NCBI RefSeq assembly: GCF_009914755.1 | Contig: NC_060927.1 | From: the human T2T-CHM13v2.0 reference genome, Homo sapiens | Reading direction: 5' to 3' (one strand) | DNA length: 64,000 nucleotides | Part shown: piece by piece, positions 14,401 through 29,357 of the stretch | How the letters are laid out: the number at the start of each line of letters is the position of its first letter | Numbering within the stretch: the first letter of the stretch is position 1 | Translations under genes and position numbers: made by a program | The notes under the pieces: generated by a model | The model's input: the letters and a program-made list of their open reading frames with translations, nothing else | Told to the model about the DNA's origin: nothing | Database searches by the model: none

Positions 14401-16883
14401 TTTTTAGACAAATGCTCACTTTAATCACAGTTCTAAATTAATTATTTTCACGTTAACATAGATGTTCCCATAAACTGAGAAGAACTGAGCTAAGTATTAT
14501 ACATTTTTAATGGTTAATATGATTTGAAAATTTTTTATAAAAATTGATCAGAAGCTAGTTGAAATTCTCACCATAAATATAAAATATTGATTACAATTGT
14601 TTTTCACAGTAAATTGAGATCTGAGCTTCCTAAAAAGCTGTATTATCTAATATCATAATAGGGATGACTAAATACTTGACAACTACTTTCTGAAGACTGG
14701 CTTAACAAAAAGTTACTATTTGAAGAAACAGCTTTCCCTTGTTTATATTTACAAGAAAAAGGCTAACATTTTTGCAGAACTCTCATTTTATCATGAAGTG
14801 TGGACAGTCAGAAGCAGGTGGCTGTTGGTGGGGTGCAGTGGCTCACACCTGTAATCCCAGCACTTTGGGAGGCCAAGGCAGGCAGATCACTTGAGGTCAG
14901 GAGTTCAAGACCAGCCTGGCCAACATGGTGAAACCCTGTCTCTACTAAAAATACAAAAACTAGCTGGGTATGGTGGTGATTGCCTGTGATCCCACCTATT
15001 CGGGGAGGCTGAGGCATGAGAATCACTTGAACCCGGGAGGCGGAGGTTCCAGTGAGCTGAGATCGTGCCAGCCTGGGTGATAGGCAAGACTCCCTCTCAA
15101 AAAAAAAAAAAAAAAAAGGTGGATGCAGTGGTATCAAGAAAAAAGCATTTCAAAACATTTCCACTTTTATTAAAGGTTTTGACAATGAAGATATCACTAA
15201 ATGTCTTCAAATTCTATTTGTTATAGAATAACCATCTAAATAGGAGACACATGCCATAATACAGCAACCATTTTAGTGTGTAAAATACTTCTGAACTCTT
15301 ACTATGAAAAAATTTGGCTAAAATACAAAACATCTTTGCAATAAAACTGATAATATAGCTTAAGTAGCTTATAAGATTTCAGAAATGTCTTATGAAAGAA
15401 ATGAGAATGTTTCCCTGTGCGAGATAAAACTGAACGGTTAACGTTAAGGTGCTATAAACTAGACAAAGCTGGAAAGGCACATCATGTAACTAGAAAAGAA
15501 CGGCATGTGATGTGGACTTCCTCCATGTCAAACTGACAGGAAAATAGAATATGCTCTTCAGAAGGAAAGGCATGAGAAGATAATTCTTACAAAGCTCTCA
15601 TTGAGATCTTGAAGAGCTTTACAGAGAACATAATCATAAAATGGCTAGAGATCATTTATAGGACATGGTAATGGATTCCTTTGTATTACAATACCTGCCT
15701 CAGATATAAACACAAATCAAATATAAACACCCTTGTAAAGCTGTGCTTCTTTCAGCCAAACATTTCTCTGGTACCACAGTCAGCCTCTAGTAGCATTTGG
15801 ATGCAAAGGTTTAACTGGTGCTGATCTGGACAAGCCACAGCAGAGACTCTGATTTGGAGACTTCATGGACACTCCTGCCAGTGCGCTGCTGCTATTGCTG
15901 CTACTTCCAGATGCTGGTAGAACCATTTAGGTCTCTTGCTTTCAGCTGAAGGACTGCATATTTGTAATGGTTTCCTAGTGGCATCTGAAGAAAGATAAAT
16001 CTCTTTTGGCGAGGACTGAGATTCTGATTTGATGGCAGCCAGAGCAGTCTACCAAAGTCACTAAAGCATTACATTTGGATTTAGATTCCTTCTCTTTCTT
16101 TTCTACTGGGGATTTTACCTTCATTTCTTTTCTTTTTTTTTTTTTTTAAATTTCTTTAACTTTACTTTTTCTCATAGAGGAGTCTTTGTCATTATCCTCA
16201 CTCTCACCAAAATCAGAATCATCCTCAGAATCTTCACCAGTTGCCAAGTCTGGTTTGGTGTTATTAGCACTATTGCCATCACTGCCTTCCAGAAAAATTT
16301 TCCTCTGTTGTACCGCAGCTTTAGATGCTGCTTTTCTTTTCCCTTGAATACCACCATTGTCTTTCTTAGTAATCTTATCCAAATCTAAATAATCACTGGC
16401 TACACTGCAATTAGAGATACGAGGAGACTTACTCACTGTTTCTGTTCTACTATTGCCATGTTTTTCAACTCTTTTATCTTGAGACTTCTGCACATTAGTG
16501 GTGACTGTTGAAAGTTCCTTCACTGATAAAGCTAGTGCAACTTCTAAGTCTCTCTGGTAGAGCTTATCATCTAAAGCCATCCTTTTTTTTTTAGGGGTTT
16601 TCTCTTCTAGTGGGATTTCTTCTTTCTGGAGATTGTTCAAATTAGGTTTTGGTTTATCTTGTTTTAACTCCTTTGATGTTCTGGATTGCTTGTTTAAAGG
16701 TACAGTTGCAGAAACAAAATCATCATCACTGTCAGAGTCGCCAAACTGTGAGTAATTGATTGGTTTCTTACATCTCACAGGCTGCACCATGGTCCCTTTC
16801 AGGGCTTGATATTTACACTTCCCAAGTTCTTGTTGGCTGTAGTGGTGGTTTCAGTTCCCACCCAAAACCAGACATTGGCGCTC
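14401..16883 (-). pseudogene. RAD51AP1P1: RAD51AP1 processed pseudogene (retrocopy; 5' UTR, CDS remnant 16790-15780, 3' UTR, poly(A) remnant)
   Basis: ORF 16146-16790 (MVQPVRCKKPINYSQF...MALDDKLYQRDLEVALALSVKEL...) resembles RAD51AP1. It is intronless, with a premature TAA at 16146-16148 and a later frameshift near 16050. C-terminal remnant GLSRSAPVKPLHPNAT ends at TGA 15780-15782. ATTAAA at 14420-14425 precedes an A-tail; degenerate TSD 14388-14400 / 16884-16896. Pseudogene symbol from memory. Confidence 0.93.
14827..15117 (+). mobile_element. Alu (AluS-like) inside the RAD51AP1 retrocopy 3' UTR
   Basis: Sense Alu with A-tail; flanks aggtggctg / aggtggatg. Confidence 0.9.
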
Positions 16884-18872
16884 TCCCTTCACTCTTCATT
16901 GTTTCCTTTGCTGTGCAGAAGCCTTTTTTGTTGTTGTTGTTGTTTAATATAATCAGTTGGCTTTAAATATGTGGATTTATTTCTGAATTATCTGTTTTAT
17001 TCCATTAGTCTATGTGTCTGTCTTATACCAGTACCATGCTGTTTTGGTTACTGTAACCTTGTAATGTATTTTGAAGTCAGGTAGTTTTATTCTTTTTGCT
17101 TAAGATTGTTTTGGTTGTTTGGGCTCCTTTTTGGTTTCATATGAATTTTAAGATTGCTTCTTCTATTTCTGTGAAAAAAGACATTGGTATTTTGATAGCC
17201 ATTGCATTGAAAATGTAGATTGCTTATGGCAGTATGGTCATTTTAATGATGTTAATTCTTATTCTTGAGCATGGGATGTCTTTCCATTTGTTTGTGCCCT
17301 CTTTATTTTATCTAGTGTTTTGTAGTTTTTATAGCTATTGTAAAAAGGGAATGCCTTCTTGATTTCTTTCTCAGCTAGTTTGTTTTATTGGTATATAGAA
17401 ACAGGTTTTGTATGTTGATTTTTTTTTAACACTCCCTGCTTCACAGATGGATGCATATTGATTTATGTGTGTTGATTTTGTCCTGCAACTTTACTGAATT
17501 TATTTAGCAGAACTAAGTTTTTTGGTGGAGTCTAGGTTTCTCTAGATATAAAATCATATCATCAGCAAAGAGGGACAGTTTGACTTCCTCTTTTCTAATT
17601 TGGATGCCTTTTCTTTTTTTCCCTCTTGCCTGATTGGTCTGGCTAGGACTTGCAGTACTATGTTGAATAGGAGTGATTAAAGTGGGCATCCTCGTCTTGT
17701 TCCAGTTCTTAGAAGAAAGGGTTTCAACTTTTCCCCATTCAGTATGATGTTAGCTGTTGTCATATATGACCTTTGTTATGTTGAAGTATGTTTCTTTTAT
17801 GCCTAGTTTGTTAAGAGTTTTTATCACGAAGGGACACTGAATTTTATCAAGTGCTTTTTCTGTGTCTGTTGAGATGAACATATGGTTTTGTCCTTTATTC
17901 TGTTGAGGTTATGAATCATATTTGTTGATTTGTGTAACCATCCTTGCCTCTCTGGGATAAATCTCACTTCATTGTGGTGTATTTTTTTTTTTTTAATGTT
18001 GTTGGATTCAGTTTGCCAGTATTTTGAGAATTTTTATCTCTGTGTTCATTAGGGATATTGGCCTGTAGTTTTCTTTCTTTTTTTTTTTAAATATTTTTTA
18101 TTGCATCCTTGTCTGGTTTTGGTGTTAAGGTAATGTTGGCCTTGTAGAATGAGTTGGGGAGAATTGATGTTAGTTCTTCTATGAGTGTTTGGTAGAATTT
18201 GGCAGTGAAGCCATCCAGTCCCGGACTTCTGTTTGTTGGGAGACTTTATTACTGATTAAATGTCTTTACTCATTATCAGTCTGTTCAGGTTTCGTATTTC
18301 TTCCTGATTCAATCTTGGTAGATTGTATATGTCTATGTCTAGGAATGCATCCATTTCCTCTCAATTTTCCAGTATGTTAGTGTATCGTTGTTTGTAATAG
18401 TTTTTAATGTTCTTTTGTATTTCTGTGGAATTAGTTGTAATGTCTCTTTTCATTTTCTGATTTTACTTGGGTCCTCTCTTTTTATGTTGATTAGTCTAGC
18501 AAGTGGTTTATTGATTTACCTTTTCAAAAAATCAGCTTTTTGTTGTTCTTTTGTGCTTTTTAAAAAAGTCGTTTCATTTAGTTCTGCTCTGATCTTTATT
18601 ATTTCTTTCCTTCTACTAATTTGGGGTTTGGTTCTAGTTCCTTAAGGTGCATTGCTAGATTGTTTCTTTAAAATCTTACTACTTTTTTGATGTAGGCATT
18701 TGTTGATATAAATTTCCCTCTTTGCACTGTTTTTGCTGTATCTCATAGATTTTCGGTATGTTGTATTAGATTTTCATTTGTTTCAATAATTTTTTTGATT
18801 TCTTCCTTAATGTCTTCCTTGACCCAGTGGTCATTCAGAAGCATGTTGTTTAACTTCTGTGTATTTATATAG

Positions 18873-19210
<338 letters not shown>

Positions 19211-19376
19211 CTATTATTCTTGATTTCTAGTTTTATTCCATTCTTATCTGAGGAGATACTTGATACGATTTCAATTTTTAAAAATTTGTTGACACTTGTT
19301 TTGTGTCCTAACATGATCTATCCTGGAGAATGTTCTATATGCTGATGAAAAGAATGTGTTCACAGTGGGGTGCTGG

Positions 19377-19639
19377 TGCCCACTTTAATCACTCCTATTT
19401 AACACAGTACTGCAAGTCCTAACCAGACCAATCAGGCAAGAGGGAAAAAAAGAAAAGGCATCCAAATTAGAAAAGAGGAAGTCAAACTGTCCCCCTTTGC
19501 TGATGATATGATCTTATATTTAGAAAAACCTAGACTCCACCAAAAAACTTAGTTCTGCTAAATAAATTCAGTAAAGTTGCAGGACAAAATCCACACACAT
19601 AAATCAATATGCATCCACCTGTGAAGTAGGGAGTGTTAA
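19377..19639 (+). repeat. Inverted duplicate of 17426-17688
   Basis: Manual alignment gives about 10 mismatches in 263 bp with no gaps. Confidence 0.93.
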
Positions 19640-20119
19640 GATGTTAGATGAAATGTTCTGTAAATGTCTGTTAGGTCTATTTGGTCTGATATGCAGTTTA
19701 AATCCAGTGTGGCTTTCTTAATTTTTGTATCTACATGATCCATTTAATGCTCACAGTGGGGTGCTGGTGTCCCTAACTATTATCGTAGTGGAATCTATCT
19801 CTCCTTACAGATCTAATAATACTTGCTTTATATATCTGGGTGCTACAGTGTTGGGTGCCTTATATGTTTGGAATTGTTAAATCCTCCTCCTGAATTTTTC
19901 CCTTTACCATTATATAATGACCTTCTTTGTCTCTTTTTACTGTTTTTGACTTAAAGTTTGTTTTGTTTGATACAAGTATAGCTACTTCTAGTCACTGTTG
20001 GTTTCTGTTTGCATGGAATATCTTTTTCCATCCCTTAATTTCAGCCTATATGTCTTTACAGGTGAGATGAGTTTATTGTAGGTAGTATATAGGTGGGTCA
20101 TGCTTTAAAAACATTTTAA

Positions 20120-20443
<324 letters not shown>

Positions 20444-20881
20444 AAATTAGTCTGTATCTTTTAAGTGGAAAGTTTGATCAGTTTACATTCAGTTATTGAT
20501 GTGTGAAGGCTTATTTCTGTCATTTTATTAACTGATTTATGGCTGTTCAGTATATCATCTATTCCCTCTGTCTCTTATTAATTATTATTTTGGCTTGGTG
20601 GTTTTCTGTAGTTGTGAGTCTCTTCCTTGTTTGTGTTTGGTCTATCAGTGGTTTTTATATTTTTTTGTGTTTTTGTGATGGTAGATAGTGTTCTTTTGCT
20701 TCTGGATGTAGGACTTTCTTAAGCATTTCTTCTAGGGCCAGTCTAGTGGTGATATATTCCCTCAGCTTTTGCTTGTTTGTGAAATACTTTATTTCTTACT
20801 CATTTATGAAGGATAACTTTGCTGGGTATAGTATCCTTGACTGACAGTTTTTTTTTCATTGAGCACTTTTTAAAAAAATTA

Positions 20882-21167
20882 TTTTTTTAGACAGTCTCAC
20901 TCTGCCACCTAGGCTGGAGTGCAGTGGTGCAGTCTCAGCTCACTGCAGCCTCTGCCTCCTGGGTTCAAGTGATTCTTCTACTTTGGCCTCCTGAATAGCT
21001 GGGATTACAGGAATGTATCACCGTGCCCAGCTAATTTTTGTATTTTTAGTAGAGATAGGGTTTCACTATGTTGGCCAGGCTGGTCTTGAACTCCTGGCCT
21101 CAAGTGATCCACCTGCCTCAGCCTCCCAAAGTGCTAGGATTACAGGCGTGAGCCACCGTACCTGGCC
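20882..21167 (-). mobile_element. Alu (AluS-like)
   Basis: Antisense Alu consensus. Confidence 0.9.
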
Positions 21168-21669
21168 TTCTTTCAGCATTTTGAATATATCATTTCATTC
21201 TCTACTGGCCTATAAGGTTTCTGCTGAGAATTCCACTGTTAGTTTGATGGGCGTTCCTTTATAAGTGACTAGATGCTTTTCTTGCCATTTTTAGAATTCT
21301 GTGTATTTGATTTTTTGACAGTTTGAAGATAATGTGCTGTGAAGAAGACCTTTTTGATTTGTATTTACTGAGAGATCCCTGAACTTGGTGTATCTGATGT
21401 GTAAATCTGTTGCTAGACTTGGAAAATTTTTACCTATTATTTTATTGAACAGGTTTTCTAACATTTTTGTTTTCTCTTCTCCTGAGACACTGAAAATTTG
21501 AATATTTGGTTACTTAATGGTGTTCCATATGTCACACAGGCTTTTCTCATTTTTTTTTTTTTTAATTATTACTTTTTGTCTCACTGGCTCATTTCCAAGG
21601 GCCTTTCTTAATGTTCTGAGAATCTTTTATCTGCTTAATCTAGTCTGTTGTTGACACTTTCCAATGTAG

Positions 21670-22640
<971 letters not shown>

Positions 22641-23009
22641 AGATTTTTTTGATTGGGATGTATTGCCCGTGAATTATTGTGGTCTTTTGGCGGTGTCATA
22701 TTCCTTGCTTTTTCATGTTTCCTGTGTCCTTACACTGGTATCTGTGCCTCTGGTGTAACAGTTGCTCCTTCTAATTTTTTGAATTGTCTTTCATAGGGGA
22801 GGACATTTTCCTGAAGATGTATTTGTGGTGTTGGTTGAATATGGCACTTTGGCTTTGATTCTAGGTATGTGTCATAGTGTAGTCTCTGTGTGTTTTCTTT
22901 CAATGTGAATGCTGTCAGTGGTGTCTGTGATTTCTTAGGTGGCTTAGATTGTGGTTGTTAGTGGAGGCTGTGATAAAGTTTTTTATAAAAGAAAATTTTA
23001 ACTTTCAAT

Positions 23010-23140
<131 letters not shown>

Positions 23141-25566
23141 TGAGGTCTGGGTTGCCAAGTAGGCCAGCTCTCAGGCCCCAGTGGTGGCACCAGTGGGTTG
23201 AAATTGCCTGTGCTTGGGCTTCAGGGCAGTGTATGCTGGCACCAGTGTTAGCAGGTTCAGGTAAGCCAATCTTTGAGCCTCCAGGTGTCTTGCTTGGGTA
23301 CCAGGAGTAGCACAGGTGAGCCAGGCAGGTTGACAGGTTTTTAAACCTCTGTGCAGTGGGCATGGTGTGGATGATGGCAGTAGCAGTGGTGGGATAACCT
23401 TTAGGACCCAAGCTGTCTGTGCTGGTGTAGGCAGTGGCTGTGATGGACTGGACAGGCCAATCCCCCAGGCTTGCAGGTGGCACGTGTGGTTAGTTGCCAG
23501 CTGTGGTGGTAGAGGCAGGTTGAATAGGTCCAATCTCAGACCCTGGGAGGAGTGCTTAGGTGCCAACAGTGGTGGTCTATGCTAGGTGATCGCCAGGCCC
23601 ACGGATTGCATGCTTGGTTACTGAGAGGGATGGAGCCAGGTTGTAGGAGCCTGTCCTTAGGCTCCCCACTGGTACGTGCAGGTACTGGCTGTGGTAGGCA
23701 GGGGAGAGTGATCCTCAGACTGCCATCAGAATGCTCTGGTGGCAACAGCAGGGCTTGTGCTGTGGCCTTGTTACTGGGAAGGGTGGGGTTGCTGTCAGTG
23801 GGAGCATTCATAGGCAGGTGGCTTGCAGGGTCACATACTTTGCTTGTGCCTTGCTCCTGCTGCTGCAGCAGCTATTGCAGGCAGTGGAATTTTTCCTCAG
23901 TGCATGAAAATGCACGGGTCCCCCTCTGCTGCAGTGTAGGGAGACAGTTGCTGCCAGTGGCTTTGGTCTTGGACCCTGTGGAGCAGCTATAGGTGGAGAA
24001 TGTCAATGGGGTCTCCAGGGATGTGGAGATGCAGGGTCTGTTGGGTTCCCGGGCATGACAAAGTCTGGTGGGGGCTGGGCTCTCAAAATGAAGGTACACT
24101 GTACCTGCTTAGGTTTGTGGGACTTAGCGTGAGCTCTCTCTGGAATAATGTTGTTGCATGGTTTCTAGGCACCTCTTTATGTTAGACTCAGGGCCTGCAG
24201 CACTTGAGGGCTTCTCCCATGGCTAGGATTGTAAGAGTCTGGTGGGACTGTGGACCAGTGGAGGTCTCTCAGCTCTCCGCTGATCCTGGTTGAGCAGGCT
24301 GTCTTGCCTCCTCCTCCTTTCTTGCTTTCAGTGCTTCTCGTCACCACCCTGCTGAATTCCAGTGTTCTCTCTTAGGTGATCTATTTGAAGTGTGATTATC
24401 TCCTCACTATTTTGTTCCCTTTTCATGGAAGAGGCAAGTACCAAATGCATGTAGTCAGCCATCTTGAAGTTCCTCCCTTTCCTGTTTTTTTGATGAATTG
24501 ATAATTGAATACTGTCCATGACTCAGACTGTAACAAAGTGAGAACATAGAATCTTACCTATTGTCCTCATTGCTACAGGTATTATATCCTTATATATGTG
24601 GCGTCAGCCTCAGTCCCCAGATCTTTTTGTACCTAATAAGCTAGGAACCGGTAATATCATGGTCAGCAAGAGAGAGAACATCCTTAACCTAATATTTGAT
24701 CACTTACTCTCTTTGGGAATATTTTTTCAATCTTAGTAGTGATGGTGTTTCTGAAAGTCCAGTAGTTAAAGGTAGAATTGAAAGTGTTTACCATTCAAAA
24801 GTACTTCAGTATTTTAGTAAAAACATACATTATAGTAAACAATGATAAATATGATTTTCAGGGAGGAAAAAAAGCATGAGATTCTTTATAATAGCAAAAT
24901 AGTCTGTTTACTTAGGGTACATAGGTCCGCAACCGTATCACTTCGTCATATTAACATTCCTTCACCAGTAGCTGCAGGGACCCATATAGTCTTAATAATT
25001 AAAGTACTTTTAAATTAGTTTTTAAAAATATTAGAACAGATCATGTATGCCTGGTTTAAATACAAAGGAATGATAGAGGGTTTTAAAAGATAAAGCCTTG
25101 TTCAAAAAATGAGGTAAATTTATCTGTAGAATTAGTGGACTAGATGTACAGCTTGCAAAGTGAGGGTGAGGCCACAGTGCCAGCATTTGGATATGGAAAC
25201 AGGGTTGACGTGGTTCTGAATTCATGTCCTTATAAGATCATCAGGGCTGAAAGAGTCACACATGAAACTGGAGACCAAATCTGTGGATACTGAGTAAAAC
25301 AAGAAACAGGGATAGGTTGTCCCACCTGTTAAAGGAGGCGAACTGCGACTGATTACTGCCAATGTGGTGACATCTAACTCCAAAGGAGACTGACAATATA
25401 TATTTTTTACTGTGGTTGCCATGTCCCTTACTCAAAATTGGTAGCTCTTAGGAAGAAGAGAAAAGATATTAAAAGTAGACAGCTAATGGTTTCTGCATGT
25501 GAAGGTACAAAAATTATAAGACCATTACAAGAGAATTTCAGATTCAGTGGGATATATACAGTATAG

Positions 25567-25912
25567 TGCTGTGGTTTGAATGTGTACCCCAAAGTTAATG
25601 TGTTGGAAAGTTGATGCAGTGGTGTTGGGAGGTGGGGCATAATGGGAGGTGTTTGGGTCTTGGGGACACTACACTCATGAATGAATTAATGCTGTTATTT
25701 TAGGAATGGGATCCATGACTCTTCCCCCACTCACCCCCAGATATTTGATGCCTTCCTCCTTGTTGTTATGTAGTAGGAAGGCCTTCACCAGATGCTAGTG
25801 TCTTGATCTTGAACTTCCCACCCTTCAGAACTATGAGGAAATAAATTTCTGTCCTTTATAAATCACCCAATCTCAGATATTCTGTTATAGCAGCACAAAA
25901 TGGACTAAGACA
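25567..25912 (+). mobile_element. MST-family MaLR solo LTR
   Basis: Starts tgctgtggtttgaatgtg, ends gcagcacaaaatggactaagaca. Confidence 0.8.
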
Positions 25913-27344
25913 GTAAGAGAGAGGCAGAAGTTAGGTAGAATCACAGAGAAGGGAGTCACTGACTACTCAGAGATATCTAGGCAAATGGTGCAAAGAAAAT
26001 ATGTGAATTGGGTCTTAAAAATACGTAGAAGTTTGCTGAGAGGGGAAGGGCATGCTAGACTGAGGACTGAAACACCGTGTGAAAGGAGCTGAAACTCATA
26101 ATTTGTAAATGCTAAAAACCACGTGTATGATATTCTGTTGAGGTGCCAGGGATACAAAATGAAACAAGGCTGTTTCCTCTAAGAGCTTGCTCTGAGAGAC
26201 AATTATTTAAACAACCAATTTCAATGGCAGAATGTCGAGTGCTGTAATAATATAAATGTCCCATGTGCACTTGAGAAGAATATGATTTGTGTTGTTGGAT
26301 AGTGTTCTCTGATACAGCTAATTGGTTTATAGTATTAAGTCCTCTTTCCTCTTTTGTCTGATTATTCTACCCATTATTGAGAGTCAGGTATTGAAGTTTC
26401 CAATGATTACTGTAGAACTGTCTTGTTTCTCCCTTAAATTCTGTTAGTTTTTGCTTTATATATTTTGATGGGCTGTCATTACATGTTAAATGTTTATCAT
26501 AGTATCTTCTTGCTATATTAAACTTTTTATTAATGTATAGTATCCTTCCTTGTCTCTTACACCTTCTTGTTTTATAGTCTATGTTGTCTGATGTTAATAC
26601 AGCCCACCTCACTTCTCTTACGGTTCCTATGTGCATGGACTAGCCTTTCCCTCCTTACACGTTTTACCTATTTGTGTCTTTGGATCTAAAGTGAGTCTCT
26701 TACGGATAGCATATATTTAGAATTTTTTTTCTATTCATCTTGCCAATCTCTGTCTTTTGATTGGAGAGTTTATTTACATTAGAGTAGTTACTGATTAGGA
26801 GAGACTGCTGTTATTTTGCTATTTGTTTTCTTTATGCCTTACAGCTTTCTTGTCACTCATTTGCTGCATTACTGTCTTTTGTGCTGAATTTAATAGAATA
26901 ATTCCATTCTAATTTCCTTTTGTGTCTATTCAGTAGCTACTTTTTGTAGTTACCATGGGGATTACATTTAACATTCTGAAGATAAAACACTCCAATTTAA
27001 ATTTATACCAGCTTAACTTCAGTAACATAGAGTAACTTCCTGTACAGCTCCATCCCTACCCCCTTTTGGTTATTTTATGCATTTGTCTCTTATGTAGAAA
27101 ATAAAATGTGTAGTAACAAACTAAAGTTACAATTATTCTAGCTTTTAGAGTAATGTTTTTGTTGTGTAGTAAAGTTATGTTTAAAAAATTACAAACCGAA
27201 TAAACCTCAGAGTTACAAACTAAAGTTACAGTAATACTAGCTTTTATACTTGCCCATGCATTTACTTTTACTTTATATAGCTTCAAATTACTGTCTAGCA
27301 TCCTTTCCTTTCAACCTGTTTGACTCCTCTTAGCATTTATTTAT

Positions 27345-28445
27345 TCCAGTTTTAAATTTAATATTGTTAATTGACAAATCATAATTTTATACTTTTCTGG
27401 GGTACAATGGGATGTTCTGACACATGTATACAATGTGAAATGATTAAATCAAGCTAATTAACATATCCATAACCTTGTTTACATATCATTTTCATAACGA
27501 GACATTTAAAATGTACTCTTAGTTATTTTGAAATATATAATACATTAATACTGACTGGAATCACTGTGCTGTGCAATAGGCCTCAAAGCTTATTCCTCCT
27601 CTCTGAAACTTGATATCCTTTGACCAACACCTTCCCATCCTGGCTTCTCCCCAGTCTCTGGTAAGCATCATTCTACTCTCTACTTCTATGAGTTCAACTT
27701 TTTTAGATTCCACATGTATGTGAGACCATGTCTTTCTGTGCCGGCTTATTTAATTTAGCATAAAGTCCTCTAGGTTCATTTATGTTGTTGCAAATGAAAG
27801 AATTTACTTCTTTTTTAAGGCTGAATTTCATTGTGTATATACACCACATTTTTTCTTCGTTAATCCATTGATGGACACTTAAGTTGATTCCATATCCTGG
27901 CTATTGTGAATAATGCTGCAATGAACATGGGAATATAGATGTCCCTTTGCCATATTGATTTTAGTTCCTTTGGATATATACCCAGAAGTGGGATTGCTGG
28001 ATCATATGGTAGCTCTAATTTAGTTTTTTGAGGACCCTCCATACTCTTTTTCATAATGGCTGTACTAATTTAATTTACATCCCCACCAGCAATGTACAAA
28101 TGTTTGCTTTTCTCTGCATCCTCATCAACCTTTTTATTGTTCTTTTTGATAAAAGCCATGCTAACGGATCTTAGTGTTTTAAATTGCATTTCCCTAATGA
28201 TTAGTGATGCTGAGCATTTTCTTATGTATCTGTTGCCATTTTCATGTCTTTTTTTGAGAAATGTTTGTTCAAGTCTTTTGCCTATTCTAAAACCAGGTTG
28301 CTTTCTTGCTACCGAATTGTCTGGAGTTCCTTATATATTTTGGATATTAACCCCTTATCAGTTGTATGGTTTGCAAATATTTTCTCCCATTCTGTGTGCT
28401 GTCTCTTCGCTTTGTTAATTGTTTGCTGTGCAGTTGCTTTTTAGT
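27345..28445 (-). mobile_element. 5'-truncated L1MA-type element
   Basis: L1MA 3' UTR; minus ORF 27860-28054 (LELPYDPAIPLLGIYPKELKS) matches L1 ORF2; flanking ttagcattt repeat. Confidence 0.8.
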
Positions 28446-28691
28446 TTGCTCTTTTAGCATTTCTTGCACAGAAGTTCTAGTGGTAATGAATTTCCTTAAC
28501 TTTTGTTTATTTTGGAAAGTCATAATTTTTCCCTCACTTTTGAAGGAGAGTTTTGCCAGTATAGGATTCTTAGCTGACAGTTTTTTTTTTATTCTCCCCT
28601 TTGGTAGTTAATTAGACTATTAGACTATATTAGCCCACTGTGTTTTGGCCTACAGAGCTGCTGATGAGAAATCTGCTTATAATATCATTGA

Positions 28692-29138
<447 letters not shown>

Positions 29139-29357
29139 TAATGTGTGTGTTCGTTCTCTTGATAGTGTCTGTTTGCCTCTTTTGACTTTTCTTCAGTCTT
29201 TTTTTTTTTTATGTTGCCCTATCATCACACTTGTTGATTCTTTCTTCTGCCTGCTCAAGTCTTTATTCAAATCCCTGTAGTGAATTTTCCATTTTAGTTA
29301 TTGCCCTCAGGAGCTCCACAGTTTGTTTTTAGTTTCCTTTGAGATTTTTCCCTCCTC

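Noticed and set aside
24500-25560. Repeat-poor unique stretches (also about 36300-37600 and 46000-47100) as possible enhancers or ncRNA
   Set aside because: No motif cluster, ORF or RNA fold I can support without conservation or chromatin data.
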